From positions 1-32,052 of IMG/VR virus record IMGVR_UViG_3300032295_000405: a stretch of DNA of 32,052 nt; one strand, given 5' to 3'. This DNA comes from a virus. Its lineage: Duplodnaviria; Caudoviricetes. A model generated the notes under the pieces. That model made no database searches, was not told where the DNA came from, and was given only the letters and a program-made list of their open reading frames with translations. Within the stretch, counting starts at the first letter, position 1. The number at the start of each line of letters is the position of its first letter. Shown piece by piece: positions 14,933 to 24,902 of the stretch. The position numbers and the translations under genes were made by a program.

Positions 14933-17900
14933 ATGTCGAATATTACTACCCGCGCAGGGAAGGGCAGTCCGCTTACCAATAATGAGCTGGACGCCAACTT
15001 CACCAATCTCAACTCGGATAAGGTTGAGATTGGTGGAGACCTTTCCGGTACTTCTTCCGCACCAAACGTAGCCAAGATCCAAGGCCGCGCTGTCTCGACT
15101 GACGCGCCTGCCGCAGGAGAGAAGCTCGTCTGGAACGGCACTGCGTGGGAGCCTTCGACAGAGCCTACGGGCGAGCCTATTGGTCACGCCGATAAGACTC
15201 AGTCATCGATCTCATTCGATAGCGGCACTCGTACGTTTACGATTGCCCCTGTCGCGTCTGAGTTCGTAGTTTGGTGCAAGGGCGTAAAATATACTTATAC
15301 GTCCGCCCAGACTGTTGTGATCCCGAACACAACTGGCCTGCACTTTATCTACTTTAGTGCATCTGGCGTGTTGTCGACGCAGATGTCCTACTTTACGTGG
15401 GAAGAACACGCGCCAACCGCTTATATCTATTGGAACGCGACTACATCGACGGCTGTCTACTTTGGCGACGAGCGTCATGGTGTTGTCCTCGACTGGCAGA
15501 CTCACGAGTATTTGCACCGCACACGCGGCGCTGCTATCGCGAATGGTTTCTTGGCTAGTGGCTATACGCTGAACAACTCAGCTACCAACGCGGCTACGCA
15601 GATTGCAATTGAGTCTGGTACGTTCTTTGACGAGGACATGAAGATCGACATCGTGTCGACTGCTACGCCTACCGCTGGTACATACCAACAGAACTTGTTG
15701 TTCCCCGCAAAGATTCCAGTACTGCACCTGCAAGGCACTTCGTGGGTTATGGACGCTCCCACAGATTTCCCGTTCAGGCAGGGTACATCCAGACCACAGT
15801 ACAACTCAGTCTCAGGTGGTGTTTGGAGTACGGCGGACGTTGGCAATAACCAACACGCTACGACATGGATTCTGGCCACAAACAATTTAACGTACCCCGT
15901 TATTGCAATCATCGGTCAATCTGCTACCGATAATTTGGGCGAGGCTGAAGCGTTTTCCTTTGCTGATTTAACGCTCACAGGGTTCCCATCAGTTGAGTTT
16001 AGGCCGCTGTACAAACTGATTTATAAAGCTTCAGACGGCTACGCAAATAGCGTAAACGCCCAACTTGTCAGCATTGTTGATCTGCGTTCTATTTCTGCTG
16101 TTGGCTCGGCAGCCAACCCTGCTACTGACCACGGCAACTTGTCTGGTTTGTCTGACGACGATCACCCGCAGTACCTGCACGTATCTGAGGTTCGCAGCCC
16201 GAGTGCTGCTGTTAAGAATAGCTTCCTGCCTTCGCAAACCAGCAACAGCGGCAAGTATCTCAGCACTGATGGCACTAATCCGTCTTGGGTCGCCATTCCG
16301 TCTGGCTCCCTTGACTTCACCGGAGACGTTACCGGAACCGGCACGACCGGCTCACCTGTCGCGCTGACGCTTGCGAATAGCGGCGTCACCGCTGGAACGT
16401 ACTCGAAAGTAACTGTTGATGGGAAAGGCCGCGTTACCGTTGGCACGAATATTGCGTCTGGCGATGTAACGACCGCACTCGGATTTACGCCAGAGAACGC
16501 CGCAAATAAGGGCGTTGCTAATGGCTACGCCGGACTAGACAGCTCCGGAAAGATTGCGTCATCGCACTTGCCGTCTTACGTTGACGACGTCCTTGAGTAC
16601 GCGAACCTCGCGGCTTTCCCAGCGACTGGCGACTCTGGAAAGATCTACATCGCCATCGACAGCGCGAAGGTTTATCGCTGGTCTGGCTCGACCTATGTTG
16701 AGATCAGCGCATCGCCCGGAAGCACTGATGCGGTTCCGGAAGGCAGCACGAATCTTTACCACACGACCTCTCGTGTAAGGACTTCGATCTCGGCCTCTGG
16801 GTCTTTGTCGTACAACAATACGACGGGCGTGTTTTCGTATACGCAGCCGACAAATGTCAGCACGTTCACGAACGACAGCGGATACTTGACTGGCATCACT
16901 GGCGCACAGGTAACGACTGCTCTTGGTTACACGCCGTACAACAGCACGAACCCTAGCGGGTACATCACTAGCTCTGCATTGAGCAGCTATCTGCCGTTAA
17001 GCGGCGGGACTTTGACTGGCGCATCAACCGTAAGTGTATCGACATGGGAAAAGTGGACGCTTGAAACAACAGGCGTTACCGCAAAGGCTCGTCAAGGATC
17101 TGATGCCAACGGTCTTAACTTCACATCTAATGCTCGTTGGACTGGCTCCGCATGGGCAGAGGACGACACCGCAAAGAAGAAGTTTGCGTACATCCAGCAT
17201 CTCGGTAACGGGCGTCATGAATTCCGCACGTCTCCGACTGGCGCTGGGGTTTCTTGGACGACCAGCCTGACTGTTGACGAAAGCGCCGTGAACTCCACGG
17301 TCGCCTTGCAGCAGGGTGGAAATCAGGTTCTCCACGCCGGTAACTACACCTCTTACTCCCCCTCGCTCACCGGCAGCGGCGCAAGCGGAACGTGGTCGAT
17401 TAACGTCACAGGCAGCGCTGGCTCTGCCAGCAACGCTGGATACGCAACGTATAACCAAATTCTGGACACCCGCGCCGCGCAATACACGCCCAACAATTAT
17501 CAAGACTATCGAGCTACTTACGAGTTTACCGACAGATTCACGGGATTGGGTGATTGGCATACTGCAATGACCTTGCAGGGCTGGAACGATGGTTATACGG
17601 CTTGGCAGATAATTGGCCCAGCCTCAACGTCAGCTCACGAGAACTGGTATCTCCGCAGCGGCGTCAATACGTCGTGGAACTCTCTCCGTTCAATTCTCCA
17701 CAGTGGCAACTACGGTTCTTACAGCACGTTTGGCGGCAAAGTAACCTCCGGTGGAAACAACGGTTTTGCCAACGATGTTTACTATGTCGGGGTTCGGAAT
17801 CCAATCTGGTCGTTCGGTAATGCTCCCTCGTACGGCATAAGCTATTACCAAGGGGCCGCTGGCGTCGGCGGCGGGGACACCATTGGTTTCTCAGTTAATG

Positions 17901-20566
17901 GGACAACGTCCGCTACATCAAATAATTTTGCGATTGCAAATGGCGCTTCCTACGTAAACAACAACGTAATACTTCACGCAGGGAATTACACCAGCTACGC
18001 GCCGTCGCTCACCGGCAGCGGCGCGAGTGGTACTTGGGGAATTAGCGTTAGCGGAAACGCAGCGACGGTTTCAAGCATAACCGGCAACACAGGGCTGATG
18101 GTAAACCGGCTGACGCCAACCGGGGCAATTGACGGTCTTACATCATCGAACTTCCGCACAACTTTGTTCGGAAGCGGCGGTAACGCTGAAGCGATTGCTA
18201 CTGCGAGATGGAACACGCCGCCATCCGCTCTTTCTGGGCTTGGATATTACGGGACGATGATTGCGTGGGCAGCATCAGATACTCACGGTTTTTTAGCCGT
18301 TGACTACGTTAACGGCAATGCAAGGATTGGCGGAGGCAATGGTCAGTCAATAAACTGGGGTGCGCTGCTGCTCCACAGCAGCAACTACAGCAGCTACGCG
18401 CTTCCGTTAAGCGGCGGTACGGTAAGCGGCGCGATTCGCGCAAGTCAGATCACCGCTGGCGGCTCGACTAACACCGACGCGAACCTTGGCGTTCAAGGAA
18501 CGTCGCACCTTACGGGGACGATCTATTACGGCGGCACGGTCGGCAACATCAACTCGTGGTCGTCACTATCAACTTCTAGTAGTGGAACCCATACCTTCAG
18601 CGGGAGCCGATTCGTATTTGACCGCTTTGGTTATGGCTCGCAGCCACTGATTGATATGCAGTCTGGCTCGATCACGTTCGGGCAACCGGCTTACGCCGTA
18701 AGCGGAATCACCGCCAACAGCAACGGGTCTGCTGCTGGCATCGGAATCAATCTGTACAGCGGATCGCCGTCGTCGCCGACTTATGGGCTGTTCTTTGCCC
18801 AAACCGGGAACTTTGGAACGTACGGCGCTGTTTCTGCCGACTGGGCTACCTACTTCACGATGAACTCGACCGCAAATCGCGGCTGGATATTCCGCGAGGT
18901 TGAGTCGCTCGGCAACGTCGCCGCAATCAGCAACCAAGGGAACATGACGCTCCGCTCACACTTCGAGCAGGGCAACAACATCGCACGACCGAATGTGAGC
19001 TGGAGTGCTGGCAGCACCTCGACCGGCATGGTCATTTTCTACCTGCCCGGAACCACTGCCAACTACGGCATGGTTCACATGGTGTTTGACATCTACGAGT
19101 ACAACAGCAACGCTGTTTCCACAGTAATCGTTGGCGGACACAACTGGAGTACGAGCTGGTACAACACCAGCGCCAACGTCATTGGTCAGTGCGGAAAGGA
19201 AGTCCGGCTCGGATGCAAAGACGGGCGTTTCTGCGTCGTATTTGGCACCGCCGGATCTTCGTGGGAGTACGGCACGATTGTCCTCCGCAAAATTCATAAC
19301 GGGTCGTTCTACGATAACATCATGGATATGGTCGGGAACTGGTCTGCGACCCAGACCACGACCGAGTCGTTCACCAATGTGACCGGAGATCTCCGTGCGC
19401 TTCGCACGTCCGCGAGCTTTAACGCTGTTGGCGCAATCACCCAGAACGGGAACCAAGTCCTCCACGCCGGAAACTACACTTCGTACTCGCCCTCGCTTAC
19501 CGGCAGCGGCGCGAGCGGTACTTGGGGAATCAACATCACTGGCAACGCTAGCACGGTCAGCAGCTTAAACGGAGCTATTACAATATTGAGCGGCGGCGGT
19601 GGCGCGACATTTGGCGCTAACCACTACAGCATGGGCAAGGACATTGCGAATGGCTCATGGAACCACCCGCACTACTCCGATCTGATTATTGGCTATCACA
19701 CCGGCATCCGTCTTGGCGCGGCGTATAGCGGCATTCGTTTCTACGCCAATTCGCCAACTACCGATGCCAACAACGACGGCAACGGCGATCAGGGCGAAGC
19801 ATTACTGATGACTGTTGGCGGATATGCCCTTGGCGGCAGCGTCAATATCGTCAACGACTGCTATGCGTACGGATATCGAGGTCACTCGAACGTAGCCGGA
19901 ACTGGTCAAGCGAGTTATCACCCTGCTGGTATCTACAGCGTGGGAACAAACTGGCTGTACGGCACCATTTACATGAACGGAAATATTATTTCCGGGTGCG
20001 GGAACATTTACCTTGACACTAATCACGGGAACTCTGTCGTAGGGCTATATAGCTCTTATAGATACCAAGGCGTATTCGCCATGGGCGACTCTTACAAGAT
20101 GTCTGCCGATGGGACAAGCCTCGCCAATATGTACGGCATCGCGTGGTCTCACCCGAATGCTGGCGGTGCAGCAGGAAACCTGACTGACCACGGAATGCTG
20201 ATTATCAATAACGGCAGCTTCCGTTGTGCAATATCCAACTCGATCGTCGCATCTGGAAACATCACCGCTTATTCGGATGAGCGTCTGAAGCGCAACTGGC
20301 GCGATATGCCGGAGAACTTCGTCGAGCGACTGGCTCAAGTCAAAGTTGGTCGCTACGAAAGAATCGACGATGGCATGGAGCAGGTCGGAGTTTCCGCTCA
20401 ATCACTTCAGCCGCTGCTTCCAGAAGCTATTCAGGTTGCCAAGGACGAAATTGGAACGCTGTCTGTCTCGTACGGAAATGCCGCTATGGCATCAGCCGTC
20501 GAGCTTGCGAAGGAACTGGTCATGCTCAAGCAAGAGCTGGCTGAGATCAAATCAAGACTTCACTAG
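14933..20566 (+). CDS. Long tail fibre, 1877 aa, with C-terminal peptidase S74 intramolecular chaperone
   Basis: N-terminal RAGKGSPLT..ELDANF anchor; AGTYSKVTVDGKGRVT fibre repeat; Gly/Ser/Thr/Asn-rich; YSDERLK...GVSAQ...PEA followed by a coiled coil. Confidence 0.92.
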   Translation: MSNITTRAGKGSPLTNNELDANFTNLNSDKVEIGGDLSGTSSAPNVAKIQGRAVSTDAPAAGEKLVWNGTAWEPSTEPTGEPIGHADKTQSSISFDSGTRTFTIAPVASEFVVWCKGVKYTYTSAQTVVIPNTTGLHFIYFSASGVLSTQMSYFTWEEHAPTAYIYWNATTSTAVYFGDERHGVVLDWQTHEYLHRTRGAAIANGFLASGYTLNNSATNAATQIAIESGTFFDEDMKIDIVSTATPTAGTYQQNLLFPAKIPVLHLQGTSWVMDAPTDFPFRQGTSRPQYNSVSGGVWSTADVGNNQHATTWILATNNLTYPVIAIIGQSATDNLGEAEAFSFADLTLTGFPSVEFRPLYKLIYKASDGYANSVNAQLVSIVDLRSISAVGSAANPATDHGNLSGLSDDDHPQYLHVSEVRSPSAAVKNSFLPSQTSNSGKYLSTDGTNPSWVAIPSGSLDFTGDVTGTGTTGSPVALTLANSGVTAGTYSKVTVDGKGRVTVGTNIASGDVTTALGFTPENAANKGVANGYAGLDSSGKIASSHLPSYVDDVLEYANLAAFPATGDSGKIYIAIDSAKVYRWSGSTYVEISASPGSTDAVPEGSTNLYHTTSRVRTSISASGSLSYNNTTGVFSYTQPTNVSTFTNDSGYLTGITGAQVTTALGYTPYNSTNPSGYITSSALSSYLPLSGGTLTGASTVSVSTWEKWTLETTGVTAKARQGSDANGLNFTSNARWTGSAWAEDDTAKKKFAYIQHLGNGRHEFRTSPTGAGVSWTTSLTVDESAVNSTVALQQGGNQVLHAGNYTSYSPSLTGSGASGTWSINVTGSAGSASNAGYATYNQILDTRAAQYTPNNYQDYRATYEFTDRFTGLGDWHTAMTLQGWNDGYTAWQIIGPASTSAHENWYLRSGVNTSWNSLRSILHSGNYGSYSTFGGKVTSGGNNGFANDVYYVGVRNPIWSFGNAPSYGISYYQGAAGVGGGDTIGFSVNGTTSATSNNFAIANGASYVNNNVILHAGNYTSYAPSLTGSGASGTWGISVSGNAATVSSITGNTGLMVNRLTPTGAIDGLTSSNFRTTLFGSGGNAEAIATARWNTPPSALSGLGYYGTMIAWAASDTHGFLAVDYVNGNARIGGGNGQSINWGALLLHSSNYSSYALPLSGGTVSGAIRASQITAGGSTNTDANLGVQGTSHLTGTIYYGGTVGNINSWSSLSTSSSGTHTFSGSRFVFDRFGYGSQPLIDMQSGSITFGQPAYAVSGITANSNGSAAGIGINLYSGSPSSPTYGLFFAQTGNFGTYGAVSADWATYFTMNSTANRGWIFREVESLGNVAAISNQGNMTLRSHFEQGNNIARPNVSWSAGSTSTGMVIFYLPGTTANYGMVHMVFDIYEYNSNAVSTVIVGGHNWSTSWYNTSANVIGQCGKEVRLGCKDGRFCVVFGTAGSSWEYGTIVLRKIHNGSFYDNIMDMVGNWSATQTTTESFTNVTGDLRALRTSASFNAVGAITQNGNQVLHAGNYTSYSPSLTGSGASGTWGINITGNASTVSSLNGAITILSGGGGATFGANHYSMGKDIANGSWNHPHYSDLIIGYHTGIRLGAAYSGIRFYANSPTTDANNDGNGDQGEALLMTVGGYALGGSVNIVNDCYAYGYRGHSNVAGTGQASYHPAGIYSVGTNWLYGTIYMNGNIISGCGNIYLDTNHGNSVVGLYSSYRYQGVFAMGDSYKMSADGTSLANMYGIAWSHPNAGGAAGNLTDHGMLIINNGSFRCAISNSIVASGNITAYSDERLKRNWRDMPENFVERLAQVKVGRYERIDDGMEQVGVSAQSLQPLLPEAIQVAKDEIGTLSVSYGNAAMASAVELAKELVMLKQELAEIKSRLH

Positions 20567-20575
20567 GAGACTGTT

Positions 20576-20938
20576 ATGACTATCGTTTATTCGTACAAGA
20601 TCAACACTGCCCGTGTGGTGGCTCAGGATGGACTGACCGATGTGGTTAAGGAAATCGACGTTACCGTAACCGGCGCTGACGGTGCGGCGAAGTTCGATCT
20701 GCCTACCACTGTCAAGCTTGGCGCGGCTGACCCCGACAGCTTCACCGCATTTACCGCGCTTACTGAGGAGCAGTTGGTGTCGTGGGCAGAGAATGACACG
20801 GCTGTTGAAAACATTAAGGCGCATATCGCAATGATCGTTGCCAATGAAGCCAAGAAGCTTGCGATGGAGCAGAAGCCGCTTCCGTGGGAACCCGCTCCCG
20901 GTACTCCTGCCCCGGTTGCGCCGCTGACTGCTGAGTAA
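20576..20938 (+). CDS. Tail-fibre-associated (assembly/chaperone-like) protein
   Basis: GLTDVV...F..F..LTEEQL.SW...LPW pattern common next to fibre genes; AGGAG SD. Confidence 0.7.
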   Translation: MTIVYSYKINTARVVAQDGLTDVVKEIDVTVTGADGAAKFDLPTTVKLGAADPDSFTAFTALTEEQLVSWAENDTAVENIKAHIAMIVANEAKKLAMEQKPLPWEPAPGTPAPVAPLTAE

Positions 20939-20941
20939 TCG

Positions 20942-21490
20942 ATGCCTACGCCTACCGGAACGATATCGCTCTCAAACGTCAACACCGAGTTGGGGCGGTC
21001 CGCTACGGCGAACATCAATATGAACGATTCCGCTGTCCGCACCCTTGCAGGAGTGGGCGGCAGCGGGACGATCATTACGATGGATAATCTGCGAGGGAAG
21101 TCAAACGCGAGCGTCGCAATCAGCAACCAGTCGGCGTTGGACTACTCATATTCAGGTAGCGGCGGAACAGGCTATGCGCGGTATCAGCTGAATGCAAACG
21201 GCGTTGCGTACAGAACAAACGTTAGCGGGACGCTTATTTCGATCAGCGGCGAGTGGCTGACGAGCGGGGCTGCGTCGCTTTTTGAGGCGTATGCGACTTG
21301 GTCGGGATCGTACGGAAATCCGGGCGGAATAACCGGCTCGTGGCTCAACCTCGGGACGACCCGAGAGTGGCTCCTATACCAAGAGGATGGCTATGCGTCG
21401 CGGACTTTGGCTGTTCAAATTCGCCTTGCCTCAAGCGGCGCGGTACTCGACACAGCAACCATCACCTTTGAAGTAGACAGCTCACCTTAA
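20942..21490 (+). CDS. Putative fibre-tip adhesin (gp38-like N-terminal docking motif)
   Basis: GTISLSNVNTELG...INMNDSAVRTLAG...ITMDNLRGKS N-terminus followed by a beta-rich aromatic domain. Confidence 0.65.
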   Translation: MPTPTGTISLSNVNTELGRSATANINMNDSAVRTLAGVGGSGTIITMDNLRGKSNASVAISNQSALDYSYSGSGGTGYARYQLNANGVAYRTNVSGTLISISGEWLTSGAASLFEAYATWSGSYGNPGGITGSWLNLGTTREWLLYQEDGYASRTLAVQIRLASSGAVLDTATITFEVDSSP

Positions 21491-21556
21491 TTTAAACTAG
21501 TTGGAGACAACAGTGATTGAGGTGTATCTTAAAGTGTTTTTTAACAGGAGGTAATT

Positions 21557-21721
21557 ATGAATACGTTGAAGTTTGAAGTTTCGATGGAAGAAGGCAACCT
21601 TTTGATTGCCGCCCTCGCCAAGCAGCCGTTTGAGACGGTCGCTGGCTTGATCCAGAAGCTCCAGCAGCAGGCGATGCCGCAGTTGCCGCCTCCTGCTGAG
21701 GCTCCGAAGACGGAGGGATAA
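21557..21721 (+). CDS. Small conserved phage protein, 54 aa (MNTLKFEVSMEEGNLLIAALAKQPFETVAGLIQKLQQQA...)
   Basis: Translated by hand; AGGAGGT SD. Confidence 0.85.
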   Translation: MNTLKFEVSMEEGNLLIAALAKQPFETVAGLIQKLQQQAMPQLPPPAEAPKTEG

Positions 21722-21724
21722 TAA

Positions 21725-21937
21725 GTGGAAGTCCAGCGAGATCTAGGGCGGCACGACGCCCAGATAGAGGGTCTTCAGGAAGATATGAAGTCCCTCAAGA
21801 GCGATGTCCATGACATCAAGCTCATGCTTGCGGAGGCGAAGGGAGGATGGAGAACCTTGGTTGCCGTTTCTAGTCTCGCTGGAATTCTTGGCGCTGCGCT
21901 AATGAAGCTGGCTGACTGGCTAGGCTTTTTCAAATAG
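21725..21937 (+). CDS. XhlA-like holin/membrane protein
   Basis: N-terminal coiled coil plus C-terminal transmembrane helix after KGGW; lysis context. Confidence 0.7.
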   Translation: MEVQRDLGRHDAQIEGLQEDMKSLKSDVHDIKLMLAEAKGGWRTLVAVSSLAGILGAALMKLADWLGFFK

Positions 21938-21947
21938 AGGATTAGTC

Positions 21948-22097
21948 ATGAATCAGCTTGCTATGTTTAAGGCTTGGCTTTTGTCTCTTTGGCCTTTCAA
22001 GAAAAAGGAAGAGTACGAAACGGTTTACTACGTTCACGACCTGACCATTGAGAAGCCAAAGAAACCAAAGAAAAGAAAGAACAAGCGAAAGAAGTAG
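21948..22097 (+). CDS. Small cationic peptide, 49 aa (MNQLAMFKAWLLSLWPFKKKEEYETVYYVHDLTIEKPKKPKKRKNKRKK)
   Basis: Translated by hand; GAGGA SD; fills the gap in the lysis cluster. Confidence 0.7.
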   Translation: MNQLAMFKAWLLSLWPFKKKEEYETVYYVHDLTIEKPKKPKKRKNKRKK

Positions 22098-22122
22098 GAA
22101 CTCTAATACGGGGGCATTCTTT

Positions 22123-22275
22123 GTGGAAGTAATAGAGCTTTTTATAAAAGGCTGGCCAGTGATTCTGGCTATTATCACCCTGATAATCGTCTTGGCAAAG
22201 CTTGACCTTCGAGTGGCTGTTCTTGAAGACAAGGTAAAAACGCTTTTTGACCTCATCAATAGAAACAAGAGCTAG
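22123..22275 (+). CDS. Small single-TM membrane protein, 50 aa
   Basis: GTG 22123; WPVILAIITLIIVLA transmembrane segment then a short coiled coil. Confidence 0.7.
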   Translation: MEVIELFIKGWPVILAIITLIIVLAKLDLRVAVLEDKVKTLFDLINRNKS

Positions 22276-22291
22276 AAGAGGAACGCGGCAA

Positions 22292-22777
22292 ATGATGACC
22301 ATGGTTTCAACTTTTCTATCTTTCTTGGCAGGCGGCCTCCCGAAGATTCTTTCTATCTTCCAAGACCGTCAGGACAAGAAGCATGAACTTGCTCTTGTTG
22401 CTGCTCAGAAAGAGCGGGAACTCGCTTTAGCAGAACGTGGATTCCTTGCGCAGGCCAAGGTCGAAGAGATCAAGCTTGAGCAGATCCAGACGCAAACTGC
22501 TGGCGAGGAACGGCAAGCCCTGTATCGGCACGACATCGAGATTGGCAAAGGCGCATCCCAGTGGATGATCAACCTTCGCGCTTCGGTTCGCCCTGTCGTG
22601 ACGTACATCTTTGTTCTTGAGCTTGTCGCTCTTAATGTCGCTGGCGTTTGGTATGCATACACGACGGGAATCCCGTTCGCGATTGCGATGGATAACGTCT
22701 TCTCGGATGACGAGATGCTTATCCTGAGCAGCATCATCGCCTTCTGGTTCGGCACACAAGCGTTCAATAAGAAATGA
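22292..22777 (+). CDS. Holin-like protein (3TM / GTA-holin-like)
   Basis: W...LRASVRPVVTY and IIAFWFG motifs; hydrophobic helices; overlaps the lysozyme start. Confidence 0.8.
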   Translation: MMTMVSTFLSFLAGGLPKILSIFQDRQDKKHELALVAAQKERELALAERGFLAQAKVEEIKLEQIQTQTAGEERQALYRHDIEIGKGASQWMINLRASVRPVVTYIFVLELVALNVAGVWYAYTTGIPFAIAMDNVFSDDEMLILSSIIAFWFGTQAFNKK

Positions 22778-23280
22778 AGGTAAGCGAAAAAGCGTTGCTG
22801 ATGGTCAAGCACCATGAAGGGGTGAGGAATCGTCCTTACCTCTGTCCTGCTGGCTTGTGGACTGTCGGCGTCGGCCACGTTCTTTATCCGGAGCAGGTGG
22901 CTCTGCCATATGCTCGCACGGTCGAGAACGCGGGAAAGATGCTTCGTAAGGAATTTCCCTTACGCCCGGAGGACAACCGTGTCTGGACTGCTTCTGAAGT
23001 GGACGATTTGCTTGCTAAAGACCTTGCGCGATTTGAGCGTGGCGTGGCCAGATATTGCCCTAATGCTCTTGATAGCCAAAGCCGCTTCGACAGCCTCGTT
23101 TCCTTCTCTTTCAATGTTGGTTTGGGGAACCTTCAGCGGTCTGGGCTTCGGATGAAGAACAACCGTGGAGAATTTGATGAGGCCGCAGAGGAGTTCATGA
23201 AGTGGACTAAGGGCGGTGGCCGAGTTCTCCCCGGGCTTGTTTCTAGACGGAAGGATGAACGGGCTTTGTACCTTTCATGA
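22774..23280 (+). CDS. Endolysin, GH24 (T4-type) lysozyme
   Basis: HEG...PYLCPAGLWTVGVGH with E-x8-C-x5-T triad; FDSLVSFSFNVG; GLVSRR..E. Confidence 0.95.
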   Translation: MKVSEKALLMVKHHEGVRNRPYLCPAGLWTVGVGHVLYPEQVALPYARTVENAGKMLRKEFPLRPEDNRVWTASEVDDLLAKDLARFERGVARYCPNALDSQSRFDSLVSFSFNVGLGNLQRSGLRMKNNRGEFDEAAEEFMKWTKGGGRVLPGLVSRRKDERALYLS

Positions 23281-23297
23281 TCTCGGAGTAGATTTTC

Positions 23298-24902
23298 ATG
23301 GCTGTATTCAAGATTCAATTTTTTAGCGGCAAGATCACCAAGATCTCGCCCCGGCTGATTCCAGAGGATTCGGCTCAGACTGCTTTGAACTTGAATCTTG
23401 AGTCCGGCCAGATCAAGCCGCTCAAGGGAAACCTTGCTACAGGCGCGACCCTGACCGGCCCCGTGCAGACGATTTACAGGTACGCGGCAAACATCTGGTT
23501 CCAGTTCAACTCCGCCGTTGACGTAGTCAAGAGTCCGATTCCGGAAGACCCGCACGATCGCGTGTACATGACTGGGGCTACTTACCCGCGCATGACGAAC
23601 AACGTCGGCGCGACCTCCGGCCCTCCATACCCGGGTACCCTTTATCGCCTCGGACTTCCGCGTCCATCGAAGCCAACTGTCACGCTAGGTGGAACGGCAA
23701 CTGCCGGTGAGTCTCCGCAGGAGATTGCCTATGTGCTGACGCTAGTGACCGATTTCGGCGAGGAGTCAATTCCCTCCGAAGTGACCACAGCGGACATTGT
23801 TAGTTGGACTCCGGGGCAGACCAAGACCGTCGCTATCCCAGCCTTCCCTACGGGCGACTACTACACATCGGGCAGGAAGTTCCGACTGTATCGCACGGAC
23901 TCTGCCGGTACGTTCAGGTTTGTGGCCGACATCTCGACGCCTTCCTCGAACTACTCGGACACCATCACCGACGCGCAGCTTGGCGAAACCGTGCCGTCAG
24001 CGAATTGGGCTGCTCCTCCAGATGAGGTTGCGGCAGACCATCCCGGCGGCCAACTTCTTGGTCTCACGGCGCTTCCCAATGGCGTGATGGCAGGGTTCAC
24101 CGGAAACACGGTGTGCTTCTCCGAGGCGTACCTCCCACACGCTTGGCCGTCCGAGTATCAGGTTTCCACTAGCAGCCCAGTCGTTGCGCTTGCGTCAATC
24201 GGCCCCGGGCTTTTTGTTGCCACTACTGGCAAGCCGGTTCTCGTTCAAGGCACCTCGCCTGCGGCTATGTCCGTTCAGGAACTCGATGCAAACTTCCCCT
24301 GCGTGTCCAAGCGGTCGATGGTGGATATGGGCGAGTACGCCATCTACGCCTCGGCAACCGGGCTTGTGGCGGCTGGCTCTGACGGAATCAAGGTTCTCAC
24401 TCAGGAGATTCTTACCCGCGACCAGTGGAACTCTTACAGCCCCTCGACGATTCACGCCTATCAGCACAACGGCAAGTACGTTGCCTTCAACTCGTCTGGC
24501 GGATTTATTTTTGACCCGAGAGGCGAAAAGAATGCGCTGATTGATTTGAACTTTACGGCTACCACTGGGTTCTATGCTCGTGATGAAGATGCTCTGTACC
24601 TTCTGATCTCCGGGCAGCTTTACAAGTTCGACTCTGGGACTAACTTGACCTACACTTGGAAGTCAAAGCAGTTCTACTCGCCCCGAGCGTTTTGCCCACA
24701 GGCTGCTCGCGTTGACGCCTCCTCTTACCCCGTTACATTCAAGATGTATGCGGATGGAGTCCTGAAGCATACGCAAGAAGTTCAGAATTCATTCTCGTTT
24801 GCCCTGCCTTCTGGCTATACGGCCAACCAGTTTGAAGTGGAAGTCTCTGGAACCTCCGTCATTAACTACGTCGCCGTTGCGGATAACAGACAAGAGTTAT
24901 GA
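23298..24902 (+). CDS. Tail nozzle / stabilisation protein (T7 gp12 / P22 gp10-like role)
   Basis: FSG..P.ISPRL.P...AQ.A.N start, FSEAYLPHAWP, CVSKRS, YTWKSK.F; beta-propeller-like composition. Confidence 0.75.
   Translation: MAVFKIQFFSGKITKISPRLIPEDSAQTALNLNLESGQIKPLKGNLATGATLTGPVQTIYRYAANIWFQFNSAVDVVKSPIPEDPHDRVYMTGATYPRMTNNVGATSGPPYPGTLYRLGLPRPSKPTVTLGGTATAGESPQEIAYVLTLVTDFGEESIPSEVTTADIVSWTPGQTKTVAIPAFPTGDYYTSGRKFRLYRTDSAGTFRFVADISTPSSNYSDTITDAQLGETVPSANWAAPPDEVAADHPGGQLLGLTALPNGVMAGFTGNTVCFSEAYLPHAWPSEYQVSTSSPVVALASIGPGLFVATTGKPVLVQGTSPAAMSVQELDANFPCVSKRSMVDMGEYAIYASATGLVAAGSDGIKVLTQEILTRDQWNSYSPSTIHAYQHNGKYVAFNSSGGFIFDPRGEKNALIDLNFTATTGFYARDEDALYLLISGQLYKFDSGTNLTYTWKSKQFYSPRAFCPQAARVDASSYPVTFKMYADGVLKHTQEVQNSFSFALPSGYTANQFEVEVSGTSVINYVAVADNRQEL

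Noticed and set aside
14933-21490. Diversity-generating retroelement or invertible fibre cassette
   Set aside because: No reverse transcriptase, no adenine-specific template/variable repeat pair and no invertase seen in this window
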